Below are positions 41,241 to 52,520 of a DNA stretch of 64,000 nucleotides, piece after piece (position 1 is the first letter of the stretch; each line of letters opens with the position of its first letter). The DNA lies in assembly GCA_024648785.1 (NCBI GenBank), contig JABYQB010000001.1, positions 54,696 through 118,695 of the forward strand. The letters run 5' to 3'. Both the position numbers and the translations under genes were made by a program. Below the pieces are notes generated by a model. It saw only the letters and a list, made by a program, of their open reading frames with translations. It ran no database searches and was not told the origin of the DNA. Origin of the DNA: Candidatus Westeberhardia cardiocondylae (GTDB taxonomy: Bacteria; Pseudomonadota; Gammaproteobacteria; Enterobacterales; Enterobacteriaceae).

Positions 41241-42251
41241 ATGTGTAGTTTTGTTACTAAATTTTTAAAGCCTCGTTTGGTTAATGTTGAAAATATTAGT
41301 ATTATGCATTCAAGGGTTATTCTTGAACCTTTGGAACGTGGTTTTGGTCATACTTTAGGTAATGCTTTGCGTCGTATTTTATTATCTTCAATACCAGGGT
41401 ATGCTGTTACGGAAGTTGAAATTGATGGAATATTACATGAATATAGTTCTAAGGATGGTGTACAAGAGGATATTTTAGATATTTTATTAAATTTAAAAGA
41501 ACTAGCTATTAAAATAAATAGTCAAGTTCGTGACTCTGCTATTTTAGTTTTAAATAAAAGAGGTATTGGACCAGTATTTGCTAAAGATATTTCTTGTGAT
41601 GATGATGTTGAAATAGTGAATTCTAGTCATATTTTGTGTCATTTAACTGATGATAATGCATCAATAAATATGCGTATTAAAGTTCAAAAAGGAAGAGGTT
41701 ATGTTCCGGCATCTTCGAAAATTGGTTTTGGTATAAATAGTTCGATTGACAGACCAATAAATTGTTTATTAGTTGATGCTTGTTATACACCAGTTGTTAG
41801 GGTTTTTTATAATGTTGAAGCTGCTCGTGTTGAACAAAGAACTGATTTAGATAAATTAATTATTGATATGGAAACAAATGGAACTATTAACCCAGAGGAA
41901 GCTATTCGTTGTGCAGCTACAATATTATCTGAACAACTTGAATCTTTTATTGATTTACGTCATGTTCATAATCATGAAGTTAAAGAAGAAAAACCTAAGT
42001 TTGATCCAATTTTGTTACGCCCGGTTGATGATTTGGAATTAACTGTACGTTCCGCGAATTGTTTAAAGGCTGAGAGTATTCATTATATTGGTGATCTTGT
42101 TCAACGTACAGAAATTGAGTTATTGAAAACACCAAATTTAGGAAAGAAATCTTTGACTGAAATTAAAGATGTATTAGCATCTAGAAAATTAACTTTAGGA
42201 ACTCGTATTGAAAATTGGTCTCCTGATAATATTTTAAAGGAAAAGGATTAA
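41241..42251 (+). CDS. rpoA: DNA-directed RNA polymerase subunit alpha
   Basis: 336 aa. [38 protein letters not shown] and [37 protein letters not shown] match E. coli RpoA. Confidence 0.97.
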   Translation: MCSFVTKFLKPRLVNVENISIMHSRVILEPLERGFGHTLGNALRRILLSSIPGYAVTEVEIDGILHEYSSKDGVQEDILDILLNLKELAIKINSQVRDSAILVLNKRGIGPVFAKDISCDDDVEIVNSSHILCHLTDDNASINMRIKVQKGRGYVPASSKIGFGINSSIDRPINCLLVDACYTPVVRVFYNVEAARVEQRTDLDKLIIDMETNGTINPEEAIRCAATILSEQLESFIDLRHVHNHEVKEEKPKFDPILLRPVDDLELTVRSANCLKAESIHYIGDLVQRTEIELLKTPNLGKKSLTEIKDVLASRKLTLGTRIENWSPDNILKEKD

Positions 42252-42314
42252 TTATAATATAACTTGTACAATATTTTATTTTATTAAGTTTAATAATTTT
42301 ATGGTGGGTTTAAA

Positions 42315-42680
42315 ATGAGTTTTTTTTATCATAGGTCGGGGCGTCGTAAATTGAATAGGAGTATTAGTCATTGTCGTTCTATGTTTAGAAATATGGTTAT
42401 TTCATTATTATTTTATGAATCAATTAAAACTACTTTACCAAAAGCAAAGGAATTGCGTTGTATTGTTGAACCTTTAATTACAATGGCAAAATCTGATTCT
42501 ATTGCGAATCGTCGTAGAATTTTTTCTTATGTTAGAAACAATAGTATTGTTAAAAAGTTGTTCAATGATTTATCTCAGAGATTTATAAATCGTTCTGGTG
42601 GGTATGTTAGAATTATTAAATGTGGGTTTCGTGTTGGAGATAAGTCATCTATTGCATACATTATGTTAGTAGATAAATAA
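42315..42680 (+). CDS. rplQ: 50S ribosomal protein L17
   Basis: 121 aa. [28 protein letters not shown] and [15 protein letters not shown] match L17. It is the last gene of the alpha operon. Confidence 0.95.
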   Translation: MSFFYHRSGRRKLNRSISHCRSMFRNMVISLLFYESIKTTLPKAKELRCIVEPLITMAKSDSIANRRRIFSYVRNNSIVKKLFNDLSQRFINRSGGYVRIIKCGFRVGDKSSIAYIMLVDK

Positions 42681-42683
42681 TCT

Positions 42684-42715
42684 AAAAAAAATTCCCCGAC
42701 AAGGGAATCGGGGAA
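42684..42715 (-). terminator. rho-independent terminator of groESL (hairpin plus U8 on the minus strand)
   Basis: TTCCCCGA (42692-42699) pairs perfectly with TCGGGGAA (42708-42715) across an 8-nt loop. On the minus strand the hairpin is followed by T8, the complement of A8 at 42684-42691. It starts 57 nt after the groEL stop. This is one of only two GC-rich hairpins I see in the spacers. Confidence 0.8.
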
Positions 42716-42771
42716 AATGAGAACAGCAAAAAAAATGGTTATTTTCTTTCTTATAAAAGAAGGGGAGAGTA

Positions 42772-44433
<1,662 letters not shown>

Positions 44434-44477
44434 CTATATAAAAATTAGTTTATTTAAAATGTTTGTGTAATTTTTGA

Positions 44478-44771
44478 TTATTCTTCGACAATAGCAAGAA
44501 TATCGCTTTCAGACATGATAAGTACTTCTTCGTTATCAATTTTTTCTGTTTTAACACCGTACCCATCGTTAAAAATTATTGTATCTCCTATTTTAACGTC
44601 TAGGGGTTTTGTTTCACCATTATCCAGTATACGACCACAACCCACCGCCAATACTTTACCTCGAGTGGATTTTCCAGCTGCAGAACCGGTTAAAACAATT
44701 CCACCTGCAGATTTAGATTCAATTTTTTTACGTTTTATAATAACGCGATCATGTAGTGGACGAATTTTCAT
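44478..44771 (-). CDS. groES: co-chaperonin GroES
   Basis: 97 aa. [14 protein letters not shown]...[12 protein letters not shown]... matches E. coli GroES. AGGAG lies 7-8 nt upstream on the minus strand. Confidence 0.98.
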   Translation of the reverse strand: MKIRPLHDRVIIKRKKIESKSAGGIVLTGSAAGKSTRGKVLAVGCGRILDNGETKPLDVKIGDTIIFNDGYGVKTEKIDNEEVLIMSESDILAIVEE

Positions 44772-45104
44772 ATATTTACTCCTAAAATTTAGAAAGTTTA
44801 TATCAGGTTATGTTGTACGCTGTAATTCAATACAAATTTTAAATTAGCGTTTTAATTATATTTCTGTAATAAACTTTTTTCATATTTTTTATAAATTTAA
44901 ATTTTATTAAATATTAAATATTTTTTTCAATTTAATTTTAATTTATGCTATTAAGTTCTCATCTTAAAATATTGTATATTTTAAATAATAAAATTTTAAA
45001 AATTTTAATTTATTAAATTTTAATAATTTTGTACGTAATTTTAAAATTATAAATAACATTCAAAAAAGAAAGTTATGAGAGAATTAAACTTGACCAGCAT
45101 CACC

Positions 45105-45141
45105 ATTAATGAATGGGGGCATTAATAGAGGTTTCAAGGGG
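45105..45141 (-). promoter_or_regulatory. sigma32 (heat-shock) type promoter, presumably for groESL
   Basis: The minus strand reads CCCCTTGAAA (45141-45132), a 13-nt spacer, then CCCCATTC (45118-45111). This matches the E. coli sigma32 consensus CTTGAAA-N13-15-CCCCATnT. It forms an isolated island of G and C in an otherwise C-free spacer. Confidence 0.7.
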
Positions 45142-45423
45142 TTAGTGATTTTTTTTGTAAAATAAACTTTTATTTCTAAATATTTGTTTTTAATTTGTAT
45201 TAAATATACTGTTATTAATAATAAATTCTATAAATTATTAAGAAATTATATTGTTTTAGTACATTATTTATTGATTATAATGTTATCTCATAGTTTTAAA
45301 TATTGTTACTTTATTTTTATAATGTTATTTATATACTAACTTTATAGTAAATGTTTTAGTTTTTAACTGTTTATTTATGTTTTCAAATTTAAATATATAA
45401 TTTTTTGTGTAGTTTATTATTAA

Positions 45424-45449
45424 TTAATTTTTTTATTTTGTTAAATTTT
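45424..45449 (+). repeat. spacer motif B, 26-nt copy identical to 6624-6649
   Basis: This is an exact 26-mer match by my reading of the sequence. Confidence 0.5.
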
Positions 45450-45486
45450 CAATTTAATTTTTAAAGAATTTATTTTATGTATATTG

Positions 45487-46359
45487 TTATTCTATATTTT
45501 GAATTTGTTTTAGTATTTGTTCTATTAAAATTTTTATTTTAATAGACATTGTAGTTATATTTGTGTTCATTATTTTTGACATTATTTTATCTAATTCTCG
45601 ATTACATTCTTGAATTATGAAATATAATTTACGTCCAACTGGTTTATCTTTGGATATTGTATAATATATTGTATTAATATGTTTTTCAAAGATATCTAAT
45701 TCTTCTGTTATATCAATTTTTTGAAGAAAAAGTATTATTTCTTTTTCTAGTTTGTAATTGTTTATATATACTTTTTCTTTTTTTATTTTTTTTAAAATAT
45801 TTTTTCTTTTTTCAATTAATAATGCAGGTAATTTTTTTCGAATTTTTTGTATTTCTTGTTCAAGATTATAAAGATATGTTTTTATTTTGTTTTTTAATGT
45901 ATTTCCTTCTTTTTTTCTGTTTTTTATGAAGTTATTTAAAGTATTTTCGAATGAATTTAATAGTTCTATATTTATATTATTTAAATTATCTTCTTGTATT
46001 TGTGTTATTACACCTGGCCATTTTAATATAGATAATATGTCTATTGTTCCTGATTTGTTTTTTTTTTTTATCCATGTTATATATTTTATAAGTTTTGTAA
46101 TTAATTTTTTGTTTAAGATTAGTTTTGTTTTTTTTTCTGTATTAAAATATTCTTTAATGTATAGATTACATTCTATTTCTCCCCTAGAAAGTTTTGAGAG
46201 AATTTTGTTTTTAATTATTTGTTTTAGAAAATGAAATTGTTTTGGTAAGTGTATTTTTATTTCTAAAAATTGTTTGTTAGTTGATAGTATTTCCCAAGAG
46301 GCTTTACCCCAAGGTTTATTAATATTCTCTTTGTAGAAAGACATCATACTTAATATCAT
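45487..46359 (-). CDS. yicC: YicC-family protein (UPF0701, stress-induced)
   Basis: 290 aa. It is collinear with E. coli YicC from MILSM (MIRSM) to the C-terminus, including KILIEQILKQIQNIE (E. coli LKVLIEQMREQIQNIE), WPGV, and FIIQECNRE matching FMMQEFNRE. Confidence 0.88.
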   Translation of the reverse strand: MILSMMSFYKENINKPWGKASWEILSTNKQFLEIKIHLPKQFHFLKQIIKNKILSKLSRGEIECNLYIKEYFNTEKKTKLILNKKLITKLIKYITWIKKKNKSGTIDILSILKWPGVITQIQEDNLNNINIELLNSFENTLNNFIKNRKKEGNTLKNKIKTYLYNLEQEIQKIRKKLPALLIEKRKNILKKIKKEKVYINNYKLEKEIILFLQKIDITEELDIFEKHINTIYYTISKDKPVGRKLYFIIQECNRELDKIMSKIMNTNITTMSIKIKILIEQILKQIQNIE

Positions 46360-47050
46360 AAATATTGTACCTGTTGTAGAAAGATTTATTTTTTAATATT
46401 ATTTGTTTAATTTATTAAAAAATTAGTTTATATTAGTGTGAAATGTAACAATGTGTTTTTTTAATTAGTTTTTTTGAATTTTGTGATGTTATAAATAAAT
46501 TTTATTGATGTTATATGGTTTCTATATTTATATATCAAAGTTTACTAAATTATTTATTTTTAATATTTTATATTTTTATTATATTTGTTAATACTTCATA
46601 TATTTTATGATTTTTTCTTTTTATTTTTATATTAGTTAATATTTTTTTATATATTGAATATTCATTTTTTTTGATGTTTATTTAATTTTTAATTTTAAGT
46701 TTAGTGAATTTTAATTATACGTCTATTTTGTATATTATGTTTAATTGTTTTTTGTTTTATTTTTTGTTTTAATTTTTAAATTTATTTTGTATTACTATGT
46801 ATGTATTCTAATATATTAGAATTTTTGTTTGTAGTTTTTAATAATTTAATTAAGAATATTTTTTAAATATTGTCATGTATATTTTGAATGTTATATTTTA
46901 AGATGTTTTATGTTTATATTTTAATTTGTAATAATAAGTATTATTGGTTTGTATTGTAGATAATAAAAATTTTGAATTTTATTCAAGTATTTTATTATTT
47001 TTATATTGGTTTTTTGATATTGTTATTGTAAAATTTAATTATTTTGTTAA

Positions 47051-47099
47051 TTTTATATTATGATTTAATATAATTTTTTATGTTTTTATATTATGATTT
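47051..47099 (+). repeat. two exact spacer motif A copies, 33 nt apart start to start (47051-47066 and 47084-47099)
   Basis: TTTTATATTATGATTT occurs twice in the yicC-rpsL spacer. Confidence 0.5.
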
Positions 47100-47344
47100 T
47101 GAATGTTTGAATTTTTTTGTTATTGATGTTTATATTTTATAACTTCAAATATTTTAATTTATTTTATGTTTTATGTTGTGTTATGTTTTAATGTTTTATA
47201 TTGTATTTAATACAATTAAATTTGTATAACTGTTTTTTGTATTAATTTATATATATTAAATAATAGTGTTTTTATTTGTTTGAGTTTTTTGATGTTTTAA
47301 TTATTTTCATTGTATTTATATGTTGTTGTTGTTATTGTTAATTA

Positions 47345-47373
47345 TTGACAAATTTTTTTTTTATAGATATTAT
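47345..47373 (+). promoter_or_regulatory. candidate sigma70 promoter of the str operon (TTGACA-N17-TATTAT)
   Basis: There is a perfect -35 TTGACA at 47345-47350, a 17-nt spacer, and TATTAT at 47368-47373, about 85 nt upstream of the rpsL ATG. TTGACA is rare here because the + strand of the spacers has almost no C. Confidence 0.5.
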
Positions 47374-47458
47374 ACTATTTTTGTTTATGTTTTATTATTT
47401 TTTTAGTATTTGTTATTTTGAATTAATTTTGTATTTTTAATTTTTTAGTTTTTTAAAT

Positions 47459-47833
47459 ATGGTAACAATTAATCAATTAGTTCGTAAATCACGTTCAGAT
47501 AAAATTGTTAAGAGTAATGTTCCAGCTCTTATGGGTTGCCCGCAGAGACGTGGTGTTTGTGTGAGAGTGTATACTATTACTCCAAAGAAACCAAATTCTG
47601 CTTTGCGTAAGGTGTGTAGAGTTCGTTTAACAAATGGATTTGAAGTTACCGCTTATATTGGTGGTGAGGGACATAATTTGCAAGAACATTCTGTTATTTT
47701 GATTCGTGGTGGTCGTGTTAAGGATCTTCCTGGTGTTCGTTATCATGTTGTACGTGGTTCTTTAGATTGTTCTGGAGTCAAAAATAGAAAAAAAAGTCGT
47801 TCAAAGTATGGTTCTAAAAAATCAAAAGTATAA
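47459..47833 (+). CDS. rpsL: 30S ribosomal protein S12
   Basis: 124 aa. TINQLVRK...[55 protein letters not shown] is nearly identical to E. coli S12. Confidence 0.98.
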   Translation: MVTINQLVRKSRSDKIVKSNVPALMGCPQRRGVCVRVYTITPKKPNSALRKVCRVRLTNGFEVTAYIGGEGHNLQEHSVILIRGGRVKDLPGVRYHVVRGSLDCSGVKNRKKSRSKYGSKKSKV

Positions 47834-47917
47834 TTTTTATTTTTGAATTTTCTATATATTAATTTTGAAATATTTTAAATTTGTTAAATGTATTTGTTAT
47901 TTTTTCGGAGAATTTGT

Positions 47918-48391
47918 ATGCCTAGGCGACGTTTTGTTAATAATAGAAAAATTTTACCAGATTCTAGATTTGGTTCCAGTTTGTTGTCAAAGTTTATTAA
48001 TATTTTAATGGTACATGGAAAAAAATCTGTGTCTGAATCTATTGTTTATTTGTTTCTTGATAATTTGTCTATTCGTTTAAATAATTGTAATCCATTGAAG
48101 GTTTTTGAGGAAGCTATAGATAATGTTTCACCTATTGTTGAAGTAAGATCTAGAAGAGTTGGTGGTTCTACTTATCAAGTTCCTGTAGAGGTTCGTTCTG
48201 ACAGGCGTAGTACTTTGGCTATGCGTTGGATTATTTATGCTGCTAGAAGACGAAAAGATAAATCTATGTCTGATAGATTAGTTAATGAAGTTATTGACGC
48301 GGTAGAAAATAAAGGTTTTGCTATCAAAAAGAAAGAAGATGTTCATCGTTTAGCTGATTCTAATAAAGCTTTTGCTCATTATCGTTGGTAA
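47918..48391 (+). CDS. rpsG: 30S ribosomal protein S7
   Basis: 157 aa from [31 protein letters not shown] and NKAFAHYRW match S7. GGAG lies at 47907-47910. Confidence 0.97.
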   Translation: MPRRRFVNNRKILPDSRFGSSLLSKFINILMVHGKKSVSESIVYLFLDNLSIRLNNCNPLKVFEEAIDNVSPIVEVRSRRVGGSTYQVPVEVRSDRRSTLAMRWIIYAARRRKDKSMSDRLVNEVIDAVENKGFAIKKKEDVHRLADSNKAFAHYRW

Positions 48392-48550
48392 GTTTTGTTT
48401 ATTTATTGTATGTCTTATTATTTATATTAAAGATTTTATGTAATTTTTATAATATATTTGTATAAAATTTATTATTGTATTTTGTTGATATTTGTATTTC
48501 ACAAAAATTATATAATTTTAATTTTTTTAGTTTTTTTTTTGGAATTTTGT

Positions 48551-50644
48551 ATGAATCGTATAACTCCTATTTCAAGATATCGTAATATTGGTATTAGTGC
48601 ACATATTGATGCAGGTAAAACAACTACTACTGAAAGAATATTATTTTATACTGGTGTAAATCATAAAATTGGTGAAGTTCATCATGGTTTAGCTACTATG
48701 GATTGGATGGTACAAGAGCAAGAAAGAGGTATTACAATTACTTCAGCTTCTACTACTTGTTTTTGGGATGGTATGAATAATCAATTTGATCCTCATCGTA
48801 TTAATATTATTGATACACCAGGTCATGTTGATTTTACTATTGAAGTTGAAAGGTCTATGCGTGTTCTTGATGGTGTTGTTATGATTTATTGTGCTGTAGG
48901 TGGTGTTCAGCCGCAATCTGAAACTGTTTGGAGACAAGCCAATAAATTTGGAATACCACGTATTGCTTTTGTTAATAAAATGGATAGGGTTGGAGCTAAT
49001 TATTTTAAGGTGATAGAACAATTAAAAATGCGTTTATTCGCAAATCCTGTTCCGATACAATTATCTATTGGTGTTGAAGAGAATTTTGTTGGTGTTGTAG
49101 ATTTAGTATCTATGAAAGCTATTTATTGGGAGGAAGATCAAGGTATGACTTTTCATTATAGAGATATTCCTTTTGATTTAATAGAGTTAGTTAATGTATG
49201 GAGGCAATTTTTATTAGAATCAGCCGCTGAAGCTTCTGAAGAATTAATGGATAAGTATTTGAGTGATGGTGAGTTGACAGAAGAAGAAATTAAATTGGGT
49301 TTGAGAAAGAGGGTGATAGAAAATGAAATTGTTTTAGTAATGTGTGGATCAGCCTTTAGAAATAAAGGTGTTCAGAGTATTTTAGATGCTATAGTTGACT
49401 ATTTGCCTTCACCAGAAGATGTTTTAGTTAAAAATGATGTATTTAAAAAATATAATATTGGTAAAAATAAACCGTTTTCTGCTTTGGTATTTAAGATTGC
49501 TACTGACCCGTTTGTTGGTAATTTGTCATTTTTTAGAGTATATTCTGGGGTAATTAAGTCAGGAAGTATTGTGTTGAATTCTGTAAAGGGAAAATGTGAG
49601 AGAATTGGTCGACTTGTTCAAATGCATGCTAATAAACGTGATGAAATTAGAGAAGTGAGAGCTGGTGATATTGCAGCAGCTATTGGTTTAAAAGATGTAG
49701 TTACAGGAGATACATTATGTGATCCAGATTTTCCTATTGTTTTAGAACGTATAGAATTTCCTGATCCTGTTATTTCTGTATCCCTTGAAGCTAAAACAAA
49801 GTCAGATCAGGATAGAATGAGTGTTGCTTTGAATAAATTATCTCGTGAAGACCCGTCATTTAGAGTTCATGTTGATGATGAGACTGGACAAACCATTATT
49901 TCTGGAATGGGAGAGTTACATATTGATATTCTGGTTGATCGTATGCATCGTGAATTTAATGTACATGCTAATATTGGTAGACCACAGGTTGCTTATAGAG
50001 AAACTATTCGTATTTCTGTGGAACAAGAAGGTAAATTTATTCGTCAATCTGGAGGTAGAGGTCAATATGGACATATTTGGTTACGTATTGAACCTATACA
50101 ACTTGGAAATTATAGTAAAACATATGAATTTTTGAATAAAGTTGTTGGTGGTGTTATTCCAAAAGAATATATTTCATCCATAGATAAAGGTATACGAGAT
50201 CAGATGAAAATTGGTGTTATTGCTGGATATCCTGTTGTTAATGTTCGTGCTATTGTTTTTGATGGTTCTTATCATGAAGTAGATTCTTCAGAATTAGCGT
50301 TTAAGGTTGCGGCATCTATAGCTTTTAAAGAGGCTTTTATTAAGGCAAACCCAGTTTTACTTGAACCTATTATGAATGTTGTTGTGGATACCCCAAAAGT
50401 GTATATGGGTGAAGTAATTGGAGATTTAAATCGTCGGCGTGGTATTATTACTGATATTAAGGATACTGTTGGTGATGGTAATGTTATTAGTTCTAGAGTA
50501 CCGTTATCTGAAATGTTTGGTTATGCTACTGATTTACGATCAAAGACTCAGGGTAGAGCTTTTTATTCTATGGAATTTTTAAAGTATGATGAAATACCTG
50601 AAAATATTTCTAAAAATATTATTGAATCTCGTATTATTAAGTAG
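48551..50644 (+). CDS. fusA: elongation factor G
   Basis: 697 aa from [44 protein letters not shown], collinear with E. coli EF-G to ...EFLKYDE. The track ORF start at 48458 is an unsupported extension. Confidence 0.98.
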   Translation: MNRITPISRYRNIGISAHIDAGKTTTTERILFYTGVNHKIGEVHHGLATMDWMVQEQERGITITSASTTCFWDGMNNQFDPHRINIIDTPGHVDFTIEVERSMRVLDGVVMIYCAVGGVQPQSETVWRQANKFGIPRIAFVNKMDRVGANYFKVIEQLKMRLFANPVPIQLSIGVEENFVGVVDLVSMKAIYWEEDQGMTFHYRDIPFDLIELVNVWRQFLLESAAEASEELMDKYLSDGELTEEEIKLGLRKRVIENEIVLVMCGSAFRNKGVQSILDAIVDYLPSPEDVLVKNDVFKKYNIGKNKPFSALVFKIATDPFVGNLSFFRVYSGVIKSGSIVLNSVKGKCERIGRLVQMHANKRDEIREVRAGDIAAAIGLKDVVTGDTLCDPDFPIVLERIEFPDPVISVSLEAKTKSDQDRMSVALNKLSREDPSFRVHVDDETGQTIISGMGELHIDILVDRMHREFNVHANIGRPQVAYRETIRISVEQEGKFIRQSGGRGQYGHIWLRIEPIQLGNYSKTYEFLNKVVGGVIPKEYISSIDKGIRDQMKIGVIAGYPVVNVRAIVFDGSYHEVDSSELAFKVAASIAFKEAFIKANPVLLEPIMNVVVDTPKVYMGEVIGDLNRRRGIITDIKDTVGDGNVISSRVPLSEMFGYATDLRSKTQGRAFYSMEFLKYDEIPENISKNIIESRIIK

Positions 50645-50688
50645 GTATAATACATATTATTGTTAATTTATAATGGGAAAATGTTATC

Positions 50689-51873
50689 GTGTCTAAAGAA
50701 AAATTTAAACGTATAAAACCTCATGTTAATGTTGGTACTATTGGTCATGTTGATCATGGTAAGACTACTTTGACCACTGCTATGAGTGTTATTATGTCTA
50801 AAATGTATGGAGGTAATGCTTATACATTTGATCAAATTGATAATGCCCCGGAAGAGAAGGCTAGAGGTATTACTATTAATACATCTCATGTTGAGTATGA
50901 TACTTTATTACGTCATTACGCACATGTTGATTGCCCAGGTCATGCTGATTATATTAAAAATATGATTACAGGGGCGGCTCAAATGGATGGTGCGATTTTG
51001 GTTGTTGCTGCAACTGATGGAGCTATGCCTCAAACTAGAGAACATATTTTGTTAGCTAGGCAGGTTGGTGTTCCTTATATTGTAGTATTTTTGAATAAAT
51101 GTGATATGGTTGAGGATGAAGAATTATTAGATTTAGTTGAAATGGAAGTTAGGGAATTGTTGTCAAGATATGATTTTCCTGGAGATATTACTCCTATAGT
51201 TAGAGGTTCTGCATTAAAGGCATTAGAAGGTGATAAATTTTGGGTAGATAAAATTTTAAGTTTATCTGAAGTTTTAGATAATTATATTAAGGAGCCCAAA
51301 CGATCTGTAGATCAACCGTTTTTACTTCCTATTGAAGATGTTTTTTCTATTTCCGGGAGGGGTACTGTTGTTACAGGTCGTATAGAAAAAGGTGTTATAA
51401 AAGTTGGTGAAGAAGTTGAGATTGTTGGTATTAAAGATACTGTTAAAACAATTTGTACTGGAGTTGAGATGTTCCGTAAATTATTAGATGAAGGTAGAGC
51501 TGGAGAAAATGTTGGTATTTTATTGCGTGGTATTAAGCGTGATGATGTGGAACGTGGACAGGTTTTGTCTAAGCCTGGATCTATTAAACCACATATTTCT
51601 TTTGAATCTGAAGTGTATGTTTTAACTAAAGAAGAAGGAGGTCGTCATACTCCATTTTTTAATGGTTATCGTCCACAATTTTATTTTCGCACGACTGATG
51701 TTACTGGAAATATTTCTTTACCTAAGTCTGTTGAAATGGTTATGCCAGGAGATAATATTAAAATGTCTGTTAAATTAATTTCTCCTATTGCCATGGATGA
51801 TGGTTTACGTTTTGCAATACGAGAGGGTGGTCATACTGTTGGTGCTGGTGTTGTTTCTAAAGTTGTTGCTTAA
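50689..51873 (+). CDS. tuf: elongation factor Tu (only tuf copy in the window)
   Basis: 394 aa with a GTG start. (M)[28 protein letters not shown]... is nearly identical to E. coli EF-Tu and has the same length. Confidence 0.99.
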   Translation: MSKEKFKRIKPHVNVGTIGHVDHGKTTLTTAMSVIMSKMYGGNAYTFDQIDNAPEEKARGITINTSHVEYDTLLRHYAHVDCPGHADYIKNMITGAAQMDGAILVVAATDGAMPQTREHILLARQVGVPYIVVFLNKCDMVEDEELLDLVEMEVRELLSRYDFPGDITPIVRGSALKALEGDKFWVDKILSLSEVLDNYIKEPKRSVDQPFLLPIEDVFSISGRGTVVTGRIEKGVIKVGEEVEIVGIKDTVKTICTGVEMFRKLLDEGRAGENVGILLRGIKRDDVERGQVLSKPGSIKPHISFESEVYVLTKEEGGRHTPFFNGYRPQFYFRTTDVTGNISLPKSVEMVMPGDNIKMSVKLISPIAMDDGLRFAIREGGHTVGAGVVSKVVA

Positions 51874-51927
51874 AAATTTATATTTCCAAAATTTTAATAT
51901 TGATGTTTTGTATATTTATTTTTAACT

Positions 51928-51959
51928 GGGCATCTTTTGGTGCCCTTTTTGGTTTTTTT
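51928..51959 (+). terminator. rho-independent terminator downstream of tuf
   Basis: GGGCATC (51928-51934) pairs with GGTGCCC (51939-51945), including one G-U pair, across a TTTT loop. It is followed by TTTTTGGTTTTTTT. The hairpin starts 55 nt after the tuf stop. Confidence 0.8.
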
Positions 51960-52123
51960 ATTATTTTTTTATGTTATTTATTGTTATAATAAGTATTAAT
52001 ATTTTTTTTATTTTAATTTTATAAATTTTAATAAATATTTAACTTAAATTTTATGATTTAATTTTCTTTTGTTTATAATGTATATAGTTATTTGTAATAT
52101 AAGTAGAACATGGGATTTTATTT

Positions 52124-52507
52124 ATGAAAGTAAATAATGAAGTTTCAAATAAGAGTTTTTTTTATGAAGTATTAAAATGGTTTTGTATTTTTTTATCTAT
52201 GGTTGTTGTATTTTTTTTTGTTTATTTTTGTTTTGGTTTTAATTTATTTTTAAAGTGTGTTTGTGTTACTTTATTTTGTATTTTTTTTGGAATTATTTTT
52301 TTAAATACTAAATTAGGTAAATTAAGTGTTTCTTTTTTACGTACGGCATTTTTTGAAATGTATAAAATTGTTTGGCCTGATAAACAAGAAGTATTGAAAA
52401 CAACATTTGTTATTATTTTTTCAACTATTGTTGTATCATTGATATTGTTTGTTTTAGATGCAATTTTGGTTCGTTGTGTATCTTTTATTATTTCATTTAA
52501 ATTTTAA
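52124..52507 (+). CDS. secE: protein translocase subunit SecE
   Basis: 127 aa, the same length as E. coli SecE. The C-terminal third, [40 protein letters not shown], matches E. coli IWPTRQETLHTTLIV...LDGILVRLVSFI. Confidence 0.93.
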   Translation: MKVNNEVSNKSFFYEVLKWFCIFLSMVVVFFFVYFCFGFNLFLKCVCVTLFCIFFGIIFLNTKLGKLSVSFLRTAFFEMYKIVWPDKQEVLKTTFVIIFSTIVVSLILFVLDAILVRCVSFIISFKF

Positions 52508-52520
52508 GAAAGAGATTTGT

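Noticed and set aside
45085-45105. AACTTGACCAGCA on the + strand resembles the 5' end of E. coli RNase P RNA (GAAGCTGACCAGACA). I checked whether an rnpB or other structured RNA gene is hidden in the groES-yicC spacer.
   Set aside because: No other universally conserved RNase P blocks, such as GGAAAGTCC or ACAGAAnCCGGCTTA, follow it. The flanks are plain AT-rich spacer. The block is better explained as the sigma32 promoter and initial transcribed region on the minus strand.
47161-47205. Quasi-periodic TTTTATG-like units, with similar periodic stretches at 6941-6990, considered as a possible CRISPR or tandem-repeat array.
   Set aside because: The units are 7-8 nt, degenerate and contiguous, with no spacers. 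There are no cas genes. This is consistent with slippage-generated microsatellite-like low complexity and not a CRISPR array.
50383-50391. TGTGGATAC, an 8/9 match to the DnaA box complement TGTGGATAA.
   Set aside because: It is a single imperfect site inside the fusA coding sequence. There is no cluster, no AT-rich unwinding-element context, and no skew switch in the window, so it is not an origin.
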